Positions 33,019-43,294 of a stretch of DNA of 64,000 nucleotides are shown here, piece by piece. The stretch lies in the IMG/VR virus record IMGVR_UViG_3300022660_000042; one strand, written 5' to 3'. Under the pieces are notes generated by a model, which saw only the letters and a list, made by a program, of their open reading frames with translations, did not search any database and was not told where the DNA came from. The position numbers and the translations under genes are program-made. The first letter of the stretch is position 1. Every line of letters starts with the position of its first letter. The DNA comes from a virus (lineage: Duplodnaviria; Heunggongvirae; Uroviricota; Caudoviricetes).

Positions 33019-33299
33019 TAAGGATTATCCTCCGCATATTCTTCAGCAGTGTTATAATGTTTCCAGTATGTGATATGGTGCTTTCCAGACCATGTACCCT
33101 TACAGATAACGTTATCCTTAAGCTTTGCAAGGATCTTTTCGAGATTTTCCTTTTCATCTACTTCAATCTTTGCAATATCCCAGCGAGGAAATTCTTTCCA
33201 TTTACGCCAGTCAAAGCTATCCCATGGATTTTCGGAAGTTTTTTCAGCCTTCGTAGATACATCGGACGTATGTTTAAGTTCTGCTTCTACAATCTTCAT
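33018..33299 (-). CDS. hypothetical protein
   Basis: ORF track. Confidence 0.65.
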   Translation of the reverse strand: MKIVEAELKHTSDVSTKAEKTSENPWDSFDWRKWKEFPRWDIAKIEVDEKENLEKILAKLKDNVICKGTWSGKHHITYWKHYNTAEEYAEDNP

Positions 33300-33367
33300 A
33301 CACTAAATATAATAAAAACTAGGCACTTTGTCAATGCCTAGTTTTATTTAATATGTTATTTCAGAAA

Positions 33368-33832
33368 TTACTTGCTACGAATGGTGAATTCGAACGGCTT
33401 TTCCTCTTCAGTCTTCTGAATTGCCGGAATCGTAATGGTCAAAAGACCGTTTTCGATAACAGCGTCGAGCTTGTCGAGGTCGACCGTGTTAGGAATCTTC
33501 CATGCGCCATGCTTAGTAATCTTAATCTTTTTGATTTCGACTAGACGCTTGCTGGCTTTTTCCTCTTCAGCCTTCTTTTCATCTTCTGTCTGTTCGTCTT
33601 CCTGAAGGTCGAAAATCAAGTAATTGACTCCATCCTTGACCTGCTTTGTAAGCTTTACGTTCTTTTCGGTCTTGCCAGGAATTGCCAACCTGATAATATT
33701 CGTACCGTCTTCTTCGACAATCATATCTACCGGAAGAGTAATCTTCTTCATGGTTTCTTCGACAGGATTATATCCCTGCATTGTCAAGAATGGTGTGAAA
33801 AGAGAATCAAATACGTTAAATAATTCGTTCAT
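33368..33832 (-). CDS. Small heat-shock protein (Hsp20)
   Basis: LPVDM..IRLAIPG, VDLDKLDAVIENGLLTITIP; start set to MNELFN. Confidence 0.85.
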   Translation of the reverse strand: MNELFNVFDSLFTPFLTMQGYNPVEETMKKITLPVDMIVEEDGTNIIRLAIPGKTEKNVKLTKQVKDGVNYLIFDLQEDEQTEDEKKAEEEKASKRLVEIKKIKITKHGAWKIPNTVDLDKLDAVIENGLLTITIPAIQKTEEEKPFEFTIRSK

Positions 33833-33969
33833 TTTATTTATCCTTTGGGACCGGTTTCCGTGTCCCTGTTCGCTTCCATTGTTATACCGAATTCCGAACT
33901 TTCGTGAATCCGGTTTCGGCCGTCGAAGCATAACGGCCAAAACTTCTCGTATTCGCTTTATTTATAATT

Positions 33970-35115
33970 TTATTTCGACGGTTCTTGCATTACCGCACCG
34001 GTATGGACATTGATGTCCCAATACTGCATGGCGTTACGGAACCATTCTACCTGTTCCAAAGAAATCGGAGCATAACGGTGATAGTCGATACCAAGGTCAA
34101 AACCGTTAGTCTTTGCAAAGTTTCTGCCATGGATATGTCCGAACAACGTAATATACTTATCCTTTCCGAATTTCTTATCTGCTTCTACAACATAAGGGTT
34201 GATAGGCTCATGTACGCAGAGATAGTTCTTCTTATTCGCAGTAAATGTGTAGTAATCTACGAATTCGACATTTTCGATACCCTTGGCGAGCTTCTTATAC
34301 TTGTCGTAATCCCTACGTTCGTAGTTACCGCAAACCCAGATAAGCTTCTTGAAATTCAAGTTATTGATAATTTCCTTACAACGTTCGAATTCGCCGAAAT
34401 CACCGCAATGAACAACCGTGTCCTGCATGGTTACGTTCTTATTCCAGTTAGAAATCATCTCAAGATCCATTTCGTCTACGTTGACAAACGGACGTCTGGA
34501 ATAATTAAGAGTACGTTCCTGGCTGAAATGAGTATCGGATGTAAAATACATCGTACCCTTACGCTTGGTGGCGTCAACCGCATTCTTCAAGGTCTTATAA
34601 AGAGTAGATTCGTATTTCTTTCCATTTTCCTTGAGACGGACAGCAATATATTCGTTATGTTCCGCATTTTTCGGCCAGCCAAAGAAAGTATTTGGTTTCT
34701 TAAACCATTCGCCAAATTCAATATTGGTAGTACGAGCAGGATGTTCCTTGCTTCTAGGAATCCAGAATACAATAGCGGTAGCCGTAGACATAGCCGTATG
34801 TTCCCACCAGGTTTGCTGACCTAGAGCATCAGTACCGATAATCTTCTGATAATTTTCATTAGTCGGAGTCAATACAGTTCCGGTAAATCCAATCTTTTCA
34901 AGAAGGTCGAAGGCTTCATATCGCCAGTCGTCGGAATAATCCTTACGAGGGCATGGTCCAGCAAGAAAAATAGAATTCTTGCATTTTTCAATTTTGTTAA
35001 ATTCACCCTTGGTATTACAAGGCTTGATAATTTTGAAGTGGTAGTTATTTTTCTTTTCATTAATCATAAAGCTAGGTACTTTATTGTTTAGGTATTCATG
35101 TATTGTTTCTTTCAT
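33970..35115 (-). CDS. Fusion of a nucleoside 2-deoxyribosyltransferase-like domain and a calcineurin-like metallophosphoesterase
   Basis: IFLAGP..DWR..WE..AIVFW..TNIEFG; then SDTHF, HCGDF, GNYE, GHIHG. Confidence 0.8.
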   Translation of the reverse strand: MKETIHEYLNNKVPSFMINEKKNNYHFKIIKPCNTKGEFNKIEKCKNSIFLAGPCPRKDYSDDWRYEAFDLLEKIGFTGTVLTPTNENYQKIIGTDALGQQTWWEHTAMSTATAIVFWIPRSKEHPARTTNIEFGEWFKKPNTFFGWPKNAEHNEYIAVRLKENGKKYESTLYKTLKNAVDATKRKGTMYFTSDTHFSQERTLNYSRRPFVNVDEMDLEMISNWNKNVTMQDTVVHCGDFGEFERCKEIINNLNFKKLIWVCGNYERRDYDKYKKLAKGIENVEFVDYYTFTANKKNYLCVHEPINPYVVEADKKFGKDKYITLFGHIHGRNFAKTNGFDLGIDYHRYAPISLEQVEWFRNAMQYWDINVHTGAVMQEPSK

Positions 35116-35154
35116 ACTGTATTTATTTTATGTTATTACTATCTTTTGGATAAT

Positions 35155-35455
35155 GTTGAACGGAGAGATCTAGCCTAGCAGGAATCACTAGACTAAACAC
35201 AGCTACTCTACTTTTGGCATAAAGTTTCGCGTGTCAATCTGGGGGACTTATGAACACTCTTACTGGTCGGTCATCCTGTACTCAGGCTACATAGTGTTCA
35301 GCCATGGCGGCAAGTGTATAGTTTGCTAAGCTATACTCGATAATCGAATCGCCTTTAACGTATACTTCCGATTTCAAAGTATACAGCGGCTTAGCCTCTA
35401 CCGATAATACCATTGGATTGGATTTCGTTCCGAGGACTAAGGCTCGAATGTCAGG
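35155..35455 (-). ncRNA. Candidate large structured ncRNA
   Basis: About 300 nt without ORF, TATATT at its 5' end, many hairpins. Confidence 0.5.
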
Positions 35456-35522
35456 TTAAATATAGTAAAAAAGAAAAAGCACCTATTTTCATAGGTGCTT
35501 TAAAATTTGGATTTTCTTTTCT

Positions 35523-36503
35523 TTACGGTACGTAAAGGATTGTAGGGTTGTCATGGTGTATATCCATTTGTTTCATCCAGATACCCTTGCTGAGACAGTG
35601 TTGGTGCCAAAGCTGTTTGAAATCGTCAAAGTCTAACTTACTGACATGGATAATAGTCTTATTCTTGTCGATAACATCAACTGTAACGTCATTACAAACA
35701 CCTTTAGCGAGATTTGCAAAATCATCAGCATGCTTCAAATACATACCTGTAAGGCTAAAGTGATACATAGGATCAGGGTCCGCATTTTCTTTCTTTACTT
35801 GCGGAAGCGGAGCAGTAATCTTGTTTTCAAGAACATAAGTCTGCCACGACCTGCCGAAAGCGGCTAAGTTAAACGGACGAACGATAATATGCTTACCAGA
35901 TTTTGTCGGAAGCGTAAAGAAGTTTTTCTCGATATGATGCTTCTTAGCTTCTTCGAAAGTAATAGCCGAAAGATTCTGTAATGTTTCAATATTCGACTTA
36001 TGCGGTTCACATGCACAAATCATATTAACAATATCAGATTCGAACGGAATGTATTCCTTATCGAGGTCAACCACCCAAGTCTTGTGGTCACCGGCATTGT
36101 TAACTGAACCGTTTGCCGAAGCAATCATGTGATATGGACTTCCAAAAGTATCGCTCTTAAGTTGCTTTACAAGCATATCGAGAGCTTCGATAGCGATACC
36201 GCGGTAAGTACGCTTATTGAGTCGAATATAGGCTCGTACGTTCTGGACCTTACAGAGAGCAACCATTTCATTCTTGAGCTCAAGAAGATGGTCTGCGGAA
36301 TGAATAAGGTAGTCCTTGAGTGAACGGCTATGCATGTTGCCATGATAAGCCGGATCCGGAACACCGTTAATCATCGGGTCATCCGACTGACGACGAAGAA
36401 GCTGAACATACCAAACATCGCCATCGGTTCTTTGACCTGAAATAGTTTCCGTTAATTCAAGATCTCTAAGATATTTTGCTACTAAATCAAAATTGTCAAC
36501 CAT
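35523..36503 (-). CDS. Conserved phage hypothetical protein
   Basis: RAYIRLNKR, WVVDLD, TKSGKHII motifs. Confidence 0.7.
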   Translation of the reverse strand: MVDNFDLVAKYLRDLELTETISGQRTDGDVWYVQLLRRQSDDPMINGVPDPAYHGNMHSRSLKDYLIHSADHLLELKNEMVALCKVQNVRAYIRLNKRTYRGIAIEALDMLVKQLKSDTFGSPYHMIASANGSVNNAGDHKTWVVDLDKEYIPFESDIVNMICACEPHKSNIETLQNLSAITFEEAKKHHIEKNFFTLPTKSGKHIIVRPFNLAAFGRSWQTYVLENKITAPLPQVKKENADPDPMYHFSLTGMYLKHADDFANLAKGVCNDVTVDVIDKNKTIIHVSKLDFDDFKQLWHQHCLSKGIWMKQMDIHHDNPTILYVP

Positions 36504-36505
36504 TA

Positions 36506-36913
36506 TTACCTCTTATTTTTAGAAGTGATATTTTTAAGTTTTTCAATACGCTTGTATTCTTTTTCAAACGCGAGAGCTATCTTATTCAAATCCGCTGTAA
36601 GAAGTTTATCAATCTTTGTAAAGATAGCAGTACGTTGATTTTCAGAATTATATGCCAGCGGAATACGAACGCGGTCATACATATCGGCAATAGTAACCCA
36701 ATTAAGTTCACCGATAGTTTCTACTTCGCCAAAACAAATATACGGAATAATATCGTCATAGAACGCATCGGAAATAAATGATTCCATTTTTACATTTTTA
36801 TAAACGATATAATCGCCAAGATAAAAACCGAGCATAGGAAACTTATCTTTGATATATTTCTTTATAGCCTTAATCGGGATTATTTTGGTATTTTTTGTTA
36901 CATCGATATTCAT
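36506..36913 (-). CDS. hypothetical protein
   Basis: ORF track. Confidence 0.65.
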   Translation of the reverse strand: MNIDVTKNTKIIPIKAIKKYIKDKFPMLGFYLGDYIVYKNVKMESFISDAFYDDIIPYICFGEVETIGELNWVTIADMYDRVRIPLAYNSENQRTAIFTKIDKLLTADLNKIALAFEKEYKRIEKLKNITSKNKR

Positions 36914-36916
36914 AAA

Positions 36917-37183
36917 TTAATTTTCCTCGATATGATTTGTCATTAGCTTTGCGTTATTGGATAGAATATTGTAGGCCGCAGATTTAACTGCCATTGTAAT
37001 TTTATACTGGTCCTTTTCGTCAACCTTTTTAGGGTCATAGTCTGAACGCAGCTGTTTACTCGAAAATTCAAGAAACAAAAACTTGTATTTTGTTTTGACG
37101 ATATAAAAGTTAATAACCTGGGTATCGATAACCCTTATATCTTTCTTGAGAATCGTCGAAGTTTTCTCATATAGCCAAGACAT
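36917..37183 (-). CDS. hypothetical protein
   Basis: ORF track. Confidence 0.6.
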   Translation of the reverse strand: MSWLYEKTSTILKKDIRVIDTQVINFYIVKTKYKFLFLEFSSKQLRSDYDPKKVDEKDQYKITMAVKSAAYNILSNNAKLMTNHIEEN

Positions 37184-37857
37184 TATTCTACCATACCGTT
37201 ATTGGGTGTTTCATCCTTAGTTACGATTTCTTCTTTATCAATTTCAAGCCAGTTATCAGGAGTTTCCTTATAAGTAACTTTCTTCGTAACATCACCACAG
37301 CATTCAAGATAACCGAACGGTGTTTCTTGAACATGTTTCATGTTATCGACATAACGTTGAATATCTTCCTCAGGAAGTTCACCGACAGCATTTTCAAGAA
37401 CGTACTTTCGCACGCAGTCACGACAAAGATTAGTAATCCAACCACCAGTAGTCCAAATGACTCGCTTACCGTCTTCAGTCCTCGGTTCTTTTCCGCATTC
37501 TGCACAGGTATACATAGAAAGGTCCATAGCGATACTTTCAAGGTGATCCCTGGTACTGAATGAAGTATAGATTCTTAAATTACCATATTTTTCTTTAATA
37601 TCGGTAATATAGAATCTGGACTTTGTTTCATCATCCCAAGTGTCATAAAGCTTGAATAATCTCGGAAGATAACGATTCTTCCAAAGATCTTCCCAACCAG
37701 TATTATCCCAGATTTTATACTTGTTGTGCTCGATATTGTCCTTATCATTGTCATAAACATCGGTTGGATTCTGTGCCCAGAATTTACGATGTTTCAAGAA
37801 CGGGTACTTCTTGAGAAGTTCCAACATCTTTTCGTCTGAAATAGGATATTTACTCAT
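37183..37857 (-). CDS. hypothetical protein (IKEKYGNLR..CAECG)
   Basis: Likely start MSKYPI. Confidence 0.7.
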   Translation of the reverse strand: MSKYPISDEKMLELLKKYPFLKHRKFWAQNPTDVYDNDKDNIEHNKYKIWDNTGWEDLWKNRYLPRLFKLYDTWDDETKSRFYITDIKEKYGNLRIYTSFSTRDHLESIAMDLSMYTCAECGKEPRTEDGKRVIWTTGGWITNLCRDCVRKYVLENAVGELPEEDIQRYVDNMKHVQETPFGYLECCGDVTKKVTYKETPDNWLEIDKEEIVTKDETPNNGMVE

Positions 37858-37902
37858 AAGATAAAATATAATAAAAAATAGGGTCGTTGCCAACCCTAAA
37901 TT

Positions 37903-38229
37903 TTATTCACTTGCAATTTCTGCAATTTTATCATGTAATTCTTCGAATGTTTTAAAATCGATTCGGTCAATTACACGCTTACAACCGTCACCCAAGTGGT
38001 CATGAATCATATAGAACATCGGCTTTTCCAAACCTATAACGAAACGGCGTTTAAACAAAACCATTTCGATACGGTCATCATCGGTTTTTTCTTCATCATA
38101 AGAATTATAACCGAATGAATGCCTAAGTTCAAATGGTATACCAGCTTTAAAAAGCTCGTCAATCAAACCATGTACTTGGGTTTTAATCGGGTCTGTCCAA
38201 TCAACAATCTTTAAAGACATATTAGTCAC
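37903..38229 (-). CDS. hypothetical protein
   Basis: ORF track. Confidence 0.6.
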   Translation of the reverse strand: MTNMSLKIVDWTDPIKTQVHGLIDELFKAGIPFELRHSFGYNSYDEEKTDDDRIEMVLFKRRFVIGLEKPMFYMIHDHLGDGCKRVIDRIDFKTFEELHDKIAEIASE

Positions 38230-38425
38230 CCAAAAGAACTATTCCGCCATCAGCATTGGTGAATGATACAACCTGACCGCCATGATGGTCCATAATTACA
38301 GCATTAGTAATACCTTCAGCCGCAAGAAGTGCCATAATAACTTGATTATACTTACCCGCCTTTTCCTGTTCGATAGCCATCTTGAGAAGTGTGGTAATTA
38401 GAGAATGAAGTTTCTTTTCTTCCAT
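38222..38425 (-). CDS. hypothetical protein
   Basis: ORF track. Confidence 0.6.
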   Translation of the reverse strand: MEEKKLHSLITTLLKMAIEQEKAGKYNQVIMALLAAEGITNAVIMDHHGGQVVSFTNADGGIVLLGD

Positions 38426-38450
38426 AGTATGTTTCCTTTTTAAATTTTAA

Positions 38451-38804
38451 TGGACCCGTTGGGAGTCGAACCCAAGTCTTGAATAACTTCAATATCCGTT
38501 CCTACAAGCTTTCCCTTCGAATTTACTTATTTGTCATACCTATGCCCTGAAGGTCGGCGTCGGTATAAACTAGCCTGTGATTTTCGGAAATAATAGACAG
38601 ACTTAACTATTTCCTAGCCCATTTGCGACTGGACTCTACACCCAACGGGCGAACGATATAGGTCCAGGGTTGCTATTGATTAAGCAGCCATTGCGTATGT
38701 ATTAGCAATTATTGTTTTCAGACTTTTTAACGTGTGTTTTCCCTCGTCTGAGACCACGGCTTGCAACTAATATATTCATCACCCAATCGAAACCAGGCGA
38801 GCCC
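38451..38804 (-). ncRNA. ssrA: tmRNA, tag (A)ANTYAMAA* at 38680-38706
   Basis: 5' GGGCTCGCCTGGTTTCGA, 3' GGGTTCGACTCCCAACGGGTCCA, G3:U70, resume context ATAATT-GCT, 354 nt. Confidence 0.92.
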
Positions 38805-38812
38805 AATAAATA

Positions 38813-39559
38813 CTAGATTCCGAAATGTTCCAGGAAGAAGTCCGGTCGTTTCGGGTCAAAATGATTGATGCGAATCATTTCGAGCTTAAACTTGTTCTTA
38901 TTGTACATATTTATAATCTTATCATAGTTCGGACCATGAACACCCTTACGGATGAGTTCGTTAACTTCATGATAAGTAAAACCGAGCTTATCTTCGTCAG
39001 TAAGCGGCTGAAGACCGTCAATAGGAGTCTTATGAGTAAGTTCATACGGAAGACCGAGGTCATCGCCAATTTCGATAATTTCTTCGGTAGTCAACATGTC
39101 AAGCGGTGCAAAAGAACCACAGGAATCACCCCAAAGTGTAGCATAACCGACAACGTTTTCGCTTCGGTTACAAGTATTGGCCATCAACCAACCATTAGTC
39201 TGAGCGGTGACCATAATCTGATTAGTACGAATACGTGCACCAACATTGGTCTTGGCATCATAGGATTTGTCAGCACCGGGAACCAAAGCGAGAGATTCCT
39301 TAACAAGCGTTTCAATATCTTGAACGTCAAAATCAATACCCAAATGGTCAACAAGCTTATAGGAATCAGAAATATCCTTCTGAATGCCGCACGGGAGCAA
39401 AATACCATGAACATGGTCCTTACCGAGTGCATGCCAGCCAATAGCCGCAGCTACAGAACTATCCTTACCACCAGAAACACCCAAAACCATATCGGTCATG
39501 CCGAGCTTGTCAAAGGTTTCCTTGGTCCACTTAACCACATTTTCTGTCAATTCTTTCAT
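38813..39559 (-). CDS. nadE: NH3-dependent NAD+ synthetase
   Basis: LGVSGGKDS, NVGARIR, NTCNRSE..GYATLWGD, KTPIDGL. Confidence 0.92.
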   Translation of the reverse strand: MKELTENVVKWTKETFDKLGMTDMVLGVSGGKDSSVAAAIGWHALGKDHVHGILLPCGIQKDISDSYKLVDHLGIDFDVQDIETLVKESLALVPGADKSYDAKTNVGARIRTNQIMVTAQTNGWLMANTCNRSENVVGYATLWGDSCGSFAPLDMLTTEEIIEIGDDLGLPYELTHKTPIDGLQPLTDEDKLGFTYHEVNELIRKGVHGPNYDKIINMYNKNKFKLEMIRINHFDPKRPDFFLEHFGI

Positions 39560-39831
39560 AAATTTTCCTTATAGAATTAATTTTGTCTTTTACGTTGTTA
39601 AAGATAGAAAATTATCCTATAGTGAAATGTAAAATTATTTTTTGCATTCGTTCTTTGGCTGTTCAAACCAACGGATATTCCAGAGTTGTTTTCTCAGGTC
39701 CGCCAGCGTGTTTCTTTCCTTAACAATTACACCTCCAACTAGTGTAACCCCCAAAACAGCCAGAATTGCCTTAATTAACTTATTCATTTTATTTTCCTCA
39801 TAAAATTCTGGCTACAATATAGAAAAATATT

Positions 39832-40353
39832 TTACTTTTGTAAACTGTTCACTGACAAAAAATTCGTGAATTTATCAGCCAAAATTCCAGCATCGCTTCT
39901 TTGGTTAAGTTTTTCCAGAAGTGTCATTTCTTCCGGTTTCTTTTCCTTATCCTTGGATTTTTTTGTTTTCGGCTTATCATCATCGACAGTAAGCATAAAC
40001 GGCTGTTCTTTTTTACGTTCATGCTCCATATACCCGTTAATCATATTGATACGGGCATTAATATCCGCAATTTTTTGTCTAGTTTCTTCAATACGGTCGT
40101 CAAGTTCAGCCATACGACGAGTATTTTCCTTGACACGCTTAGCACGACGATAATTGCAATTACTAGCGAATTCGTTAAAATGCTTATCAACCGTTTCTTC
40201 AATCTTATCTAATTCATCGCCATACTTGTTTTCAAATGCTGCATCGTAATAATCTTTACAGCAATCGAGAAAAAACTTGTCATGTTCGTCTTCTTCGTCA
40301 TCAAGATGAAAACCATTTTTTTCGAAAATATCCTTTACGTCATATAGAAACAT
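39832..40353 (-). CDS. hypothetical protein
   Basis: ORF track. Confidence 0.65.
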   Translation of the reverse strand: MFLYDVKDIFEKNGFHLDDEEDEHDKFFLDCCKDYYDAAFENKYGDELDKIEETVDKHFNEFASNCNYRRAKRVKENTRRMAELDDRIEETRQKIADINARINMINGYMEHERKKEQPFMLTVDDDKPKTKKSKDKEKKPEEMTLLEKLNQRSDAGILADKFTNFLSVNSLQK

Positions 40354-40881
40354 TTAATCCCCCGGCAAGGTTTCAAGCAGTCTTTCCATCTGTAAATCAC
40401 CCAGAATAATTTCTGGAGTTTTTCCGGCCTTTACCTTATTGATAACTTGGAAAAACTTGGTAATAAATCTGGTTTTAAAATCATTGGTATAAGTAGTACC
40501 GATATTTCCGCCAATAACTTCAAGTTCTTTTTGACGGTCTTTAGAAAATATAGAAATTTTAAAATTACTGCCGACATCAAATACAAGGTTTACAGCATAT
40601 TCATGTGTTTCATATACACGATACATACCACGTCTAACAAGTTCTTTGTATTTAATGTTGAACGAATCAAAAATCTTCATAAATTCGTCAACACTCTTTT
40701 CATATTGGCGTCGAAGTTCTTCACGTTCTGCTGCCCAACGTTCCATCATAGCAGTAGCCGAATTTTTACTAGCAAAATTAGCAAGGTCACCTACGAGCGT
40801 CATATCTGGACCACCCCAAATAGTTGCAGCATAGGTTTTCTGAAAACGTTGTTCGAACTTTGTCTTTTTATTGTTAAGCAT
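40354..40881 (-). CDS. hypothetical protein
   Basis: ORF track. Confidence 0.65.
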   Translation of the reverse strand: MLNNKKTKFEQRFQKTYAATIWGGPDMTLVGDLANFASKNSATAMMERWAAEREELRRQYEKSVDEFMKIFDSFNIKYKELVRRGMYRVYETHEYAVNLVFDVGSNFKISIFSKDRQKELEVIGGNIGTTYTNDFKTRFITKFFQVINKVKAGKTPEIILGDLQMERLLETLPGD

Positions 40882-40925
40882 AATACAAATATAAGTAAAA
40901 GGTTGACTTTCGTCAACCTGTTATT

Positions 40926-41234
40926 TTAAAGGGTCTTATCAATCATTGCTTCAAGCAAATAGTTATCCATGATTGACTTTGCATGACCAAAATTTCTAGC
41001 TTTCATAAACATTTCAAAAAATTCATGTCTATTTGGCATAGTCAAATTGTCAGTATTTAAAAAATACTTAGAATGTGCAATAATCGTCATGTCGTCAACA
41101 TTTGATAGGTAATAATAATCATTATTAGTATCAGAATATGTTATTTTCATATCGTTTTTCGTATAGACGATATAACTGTAATCAGGCAAGCGTGACCAGC
41201 CATTAGCTTGTAGTTTTCTTCCAAGTTTTGACAT
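40926..41234 (-). CDS. hypothetical protein
   Basis: ORF track. Confidence 0.6.
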   Translation of the reverse strand: MSKLGRKLQANGWSRLPDYSYIVYTKNDMKITYSDTNNDYYYLSNVDDMTIIAHSKYFLNTDNLTMPNRHEFFEMFMKARNFGHAKSIMDNYLLEAMIDKTL

Positions 41235-41239
41235 TTTTC

Positions 41240-42382
41240 TTACCCGTTAAGATCCGCCTTATCAAACGTATGATAGTTTTCAAACAGATTCTTGAATTCG
41301 TTTACTCTGTCCATTTCATCGCAGTGTGTAATTTCCAGAACCTGATTTGTAATACCAGGCATAGAAGCGAGACTGAAATCCTTATCGATACGCTTCTTGA
41401 GGTCCTTGATGTCAAGGAAACCGTATTTAAATTCGCCTTGGAACTTATTCCTGTGATTCATCAAATCGTCCTGAATATCGCCAGAAATATTCTTACGGTT
41501 AACTTCGTCAAATCTTCCTGCACCGTGGCGGGTCAAATACGGACGAGTAACATAATGAATAGTCAAATCGTCAACGAAATACAAATCCTGTTTAGAAACA
41601 GACTGAATACCTGTAATCGAAGGAGTCGTGTGAACATTCTTGGGGTCGTCGTTAAGCAACAATCCCTGTCCGTTTTCAAAAATGTATTCGTCATATCCGG
41701 ACGGAATATTGGAAACGATTTTGACATGATTAAGCATGAACGTGGCATCTTGAATAAAATGCGAAAGCAATCCGTCGCTTTCCCAAATTTCTCGTTCAAG
41801 CTTACTCATTTCATATTTGGCTGTAATACCGACATTCGTATAAGAATCGAAATACTTGGTATTGTAGTAACTACGGATATACTTCAAATATGTCTTTTGG
41901 TTTGTCGGAAAATTGCGAGCGAAATCGGCAAAATCCATAATGACACTATCGCTATATCTTGCAATCGTTTCCCAAATACCCATACCGCAAGAACCGTGTT
42001 CCTGATGATACTTCTGACGATTCTCTTCAATAATCTGGTTTGCCATCATATCGAACGGAGTCGTCCAACGGCAATCCTTATGCATGTATATATTGCACAT
42101 AGGCAGCTTCTGGGCCAGCTTTGCATATTCCTTGACGAATTGCATGGGGTTGACAATAAAGTCCTTAGAGAAGTATATATCAGCCCCAAAACACATGCCA
42201 GAACCGAAGTGCTTGAACGTAAATACTTCACCGTCCTTCACGACGGTATGACCACGTTGAGGACCGCCGTTTGTAAGAACATTCAGAACCTTACCGGTTG
42301 CGTTCTTTGCATAATGGGCTACAACGGTACCTTTACCTTCGTCACCCCAGTTGGATCCAATAATGATTCTTCCCTTAGCCAT
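41240..42382 (-). CDS. purA: Adenylosuccinate synthetase-like protein (divergent PurA family)
   Basis: GSNWGDEGKG, GHTV, FENGQGLLL, TRPYLTRHGAG. Confidence 0.8.
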   Translation of the reverse strand: MAKGRIIIGSNWGDEGKGTVVAHYAKNATGKVLNVLTNGGPQRGHTVVKDGEVFTFKHFGSGMCFGADIYFSKDFIVNPMQFVKEYAKLAQKLPMCNIYMHKDCRWTTPFDMMANQIIEENRQKYHQEHGSCGMGIWETIARYSDSVIMDFADFARNFPTNQKTYLKYIRSYYNTKYFDSYTNVGITAKYEMSKLEREIWESDGLLSHFIQDATFMLNHVKIVSNIPSGYDEYIFENGQGLLLNDDPKNVHTTPSITGIQSVSKQDLYFVDDLTIHYVTRPYLTRHGAGRFDEVNRKNISGDIQDDLMNHRNKFQGEFKYGFLDIKDLKKRIDKDFSLASMPGITNQVLEITHCDEMDRVNEFKNLFENYHTFDKADLNG

Positions 42383-42770
42383 CTAAACCTTCCGTGGTTA
42401 AAATTAGTTCAAGATAATTAATAGCGATTTTAATCTGGTCAACTGATAATTTATCGTCCCAGACATCTTTATCCACTTTAAACACCTTTCCGTTAATAAC
42501 AAGACAATTCGGTTTGTCATAGAACGGAAGGAATGAAAAAGTATGAAATTGAGGATTGGTTTTTAAATGCGACAAATAACCAATAGTCCATTCAGCACCG
42601 TCGAGTTTGCTGTATACGACATATTCCATTCGCTTAAGTTTCTTTTTGGTTTCCCAAATGCCGACAACGATATTTGCACGAGCACGATTTATAAACACTT
42701 CCGGGTTTTCTTTAAACTCTTTAAGTGCGGCCATATGTTCCTCATTGTCCTCAGGGTCAAAATGTTTCAT
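42375..42770 (-). CDS. hypothetical protein
   Basis: ORF track. Confidence 0.65.
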   Translation of the reverse strand: MKHFDPEDNEEHMAALKEFKENPEVFINRARANIVVGIWETKKKLKRMEYVVYSKLDGAEWTIGYLSHLKTNPQFHTFSFLPFYDKPNCLVINGKVFKVDKDVWDDKLSVDQIKIAINYLELILTTEGLDG

Positions 42771-42835
42771 GACTACAATATAAAAAATGGATTGACTTTC
42801 GTCAACCCATTTTGCTCATTTTAAGGAAAGGAAAC

Positions 42836-43294
42836 TTACCTATAAGAATCTAACAGTCTTCGCCATGCTCCAGGATAATGATTCCAACCACATTCATCCG
42901 CATATTCATGGACACGTTCTCTGTAATTATCATCTAATTTTTCGTCGGCCATTAAACGTTCAAAGAATTCATCGGTTTCTTCTCTTCGTCTACGTTCGCG
43001 TTCAAGTTCTTCATGTTCTTCGCGATAATAACGATCCCAGTCGTCTTCTTCGTCTTCTTCATCTTCTTTGTCTAAACTAAAATGATCAGTTATATAATCG
43101 CCAAGTGTTTTAGCTACTTTATGTTTAGCCCTTTCCTCAAGCTTTTTGGTTTCTTCTTCTAGTTCTTTTGGATCTGGCTTTTTCGAAACATCCCAGGAAA
43201 TAACGTCATTATGATATTCCGGTGTTTCAATATTAAACTTATTTTCATCCGGCGGGCTTTCTACATCCCAGCGAATAACGAAATCATCAGTCAT
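42836..43294 (-). CDS. Acidic low-complexity hypothetical protein
   Basis: D/E-rich. Confidence 0.6.
   Translation of the reverse strand: MTDDFVIRWDVESPPDENKFNIETPEYHNDVISWDVSKKPDPKELEEETKKLEERAKHKVAKTLGDYITDHFSLDKEDEEDEEDDWDRYYREEHEELERERRRREETDEFFERLMADEKLDDNYRERVHEYADECGWNHYPGAWRRLLDSYR

Noticed and set aside
33835-33960. CIRCE or heat-shock operator before Hsp20
   Set aside because: No TTAGCACTC-N9-GAGTGCTAA; only weak GC-rich stems.
41240-42382. PurZ (diaminopurine DNA)
   Set aside because: It retains the Asp of GDEGKG; PurZ typically has Ser there.
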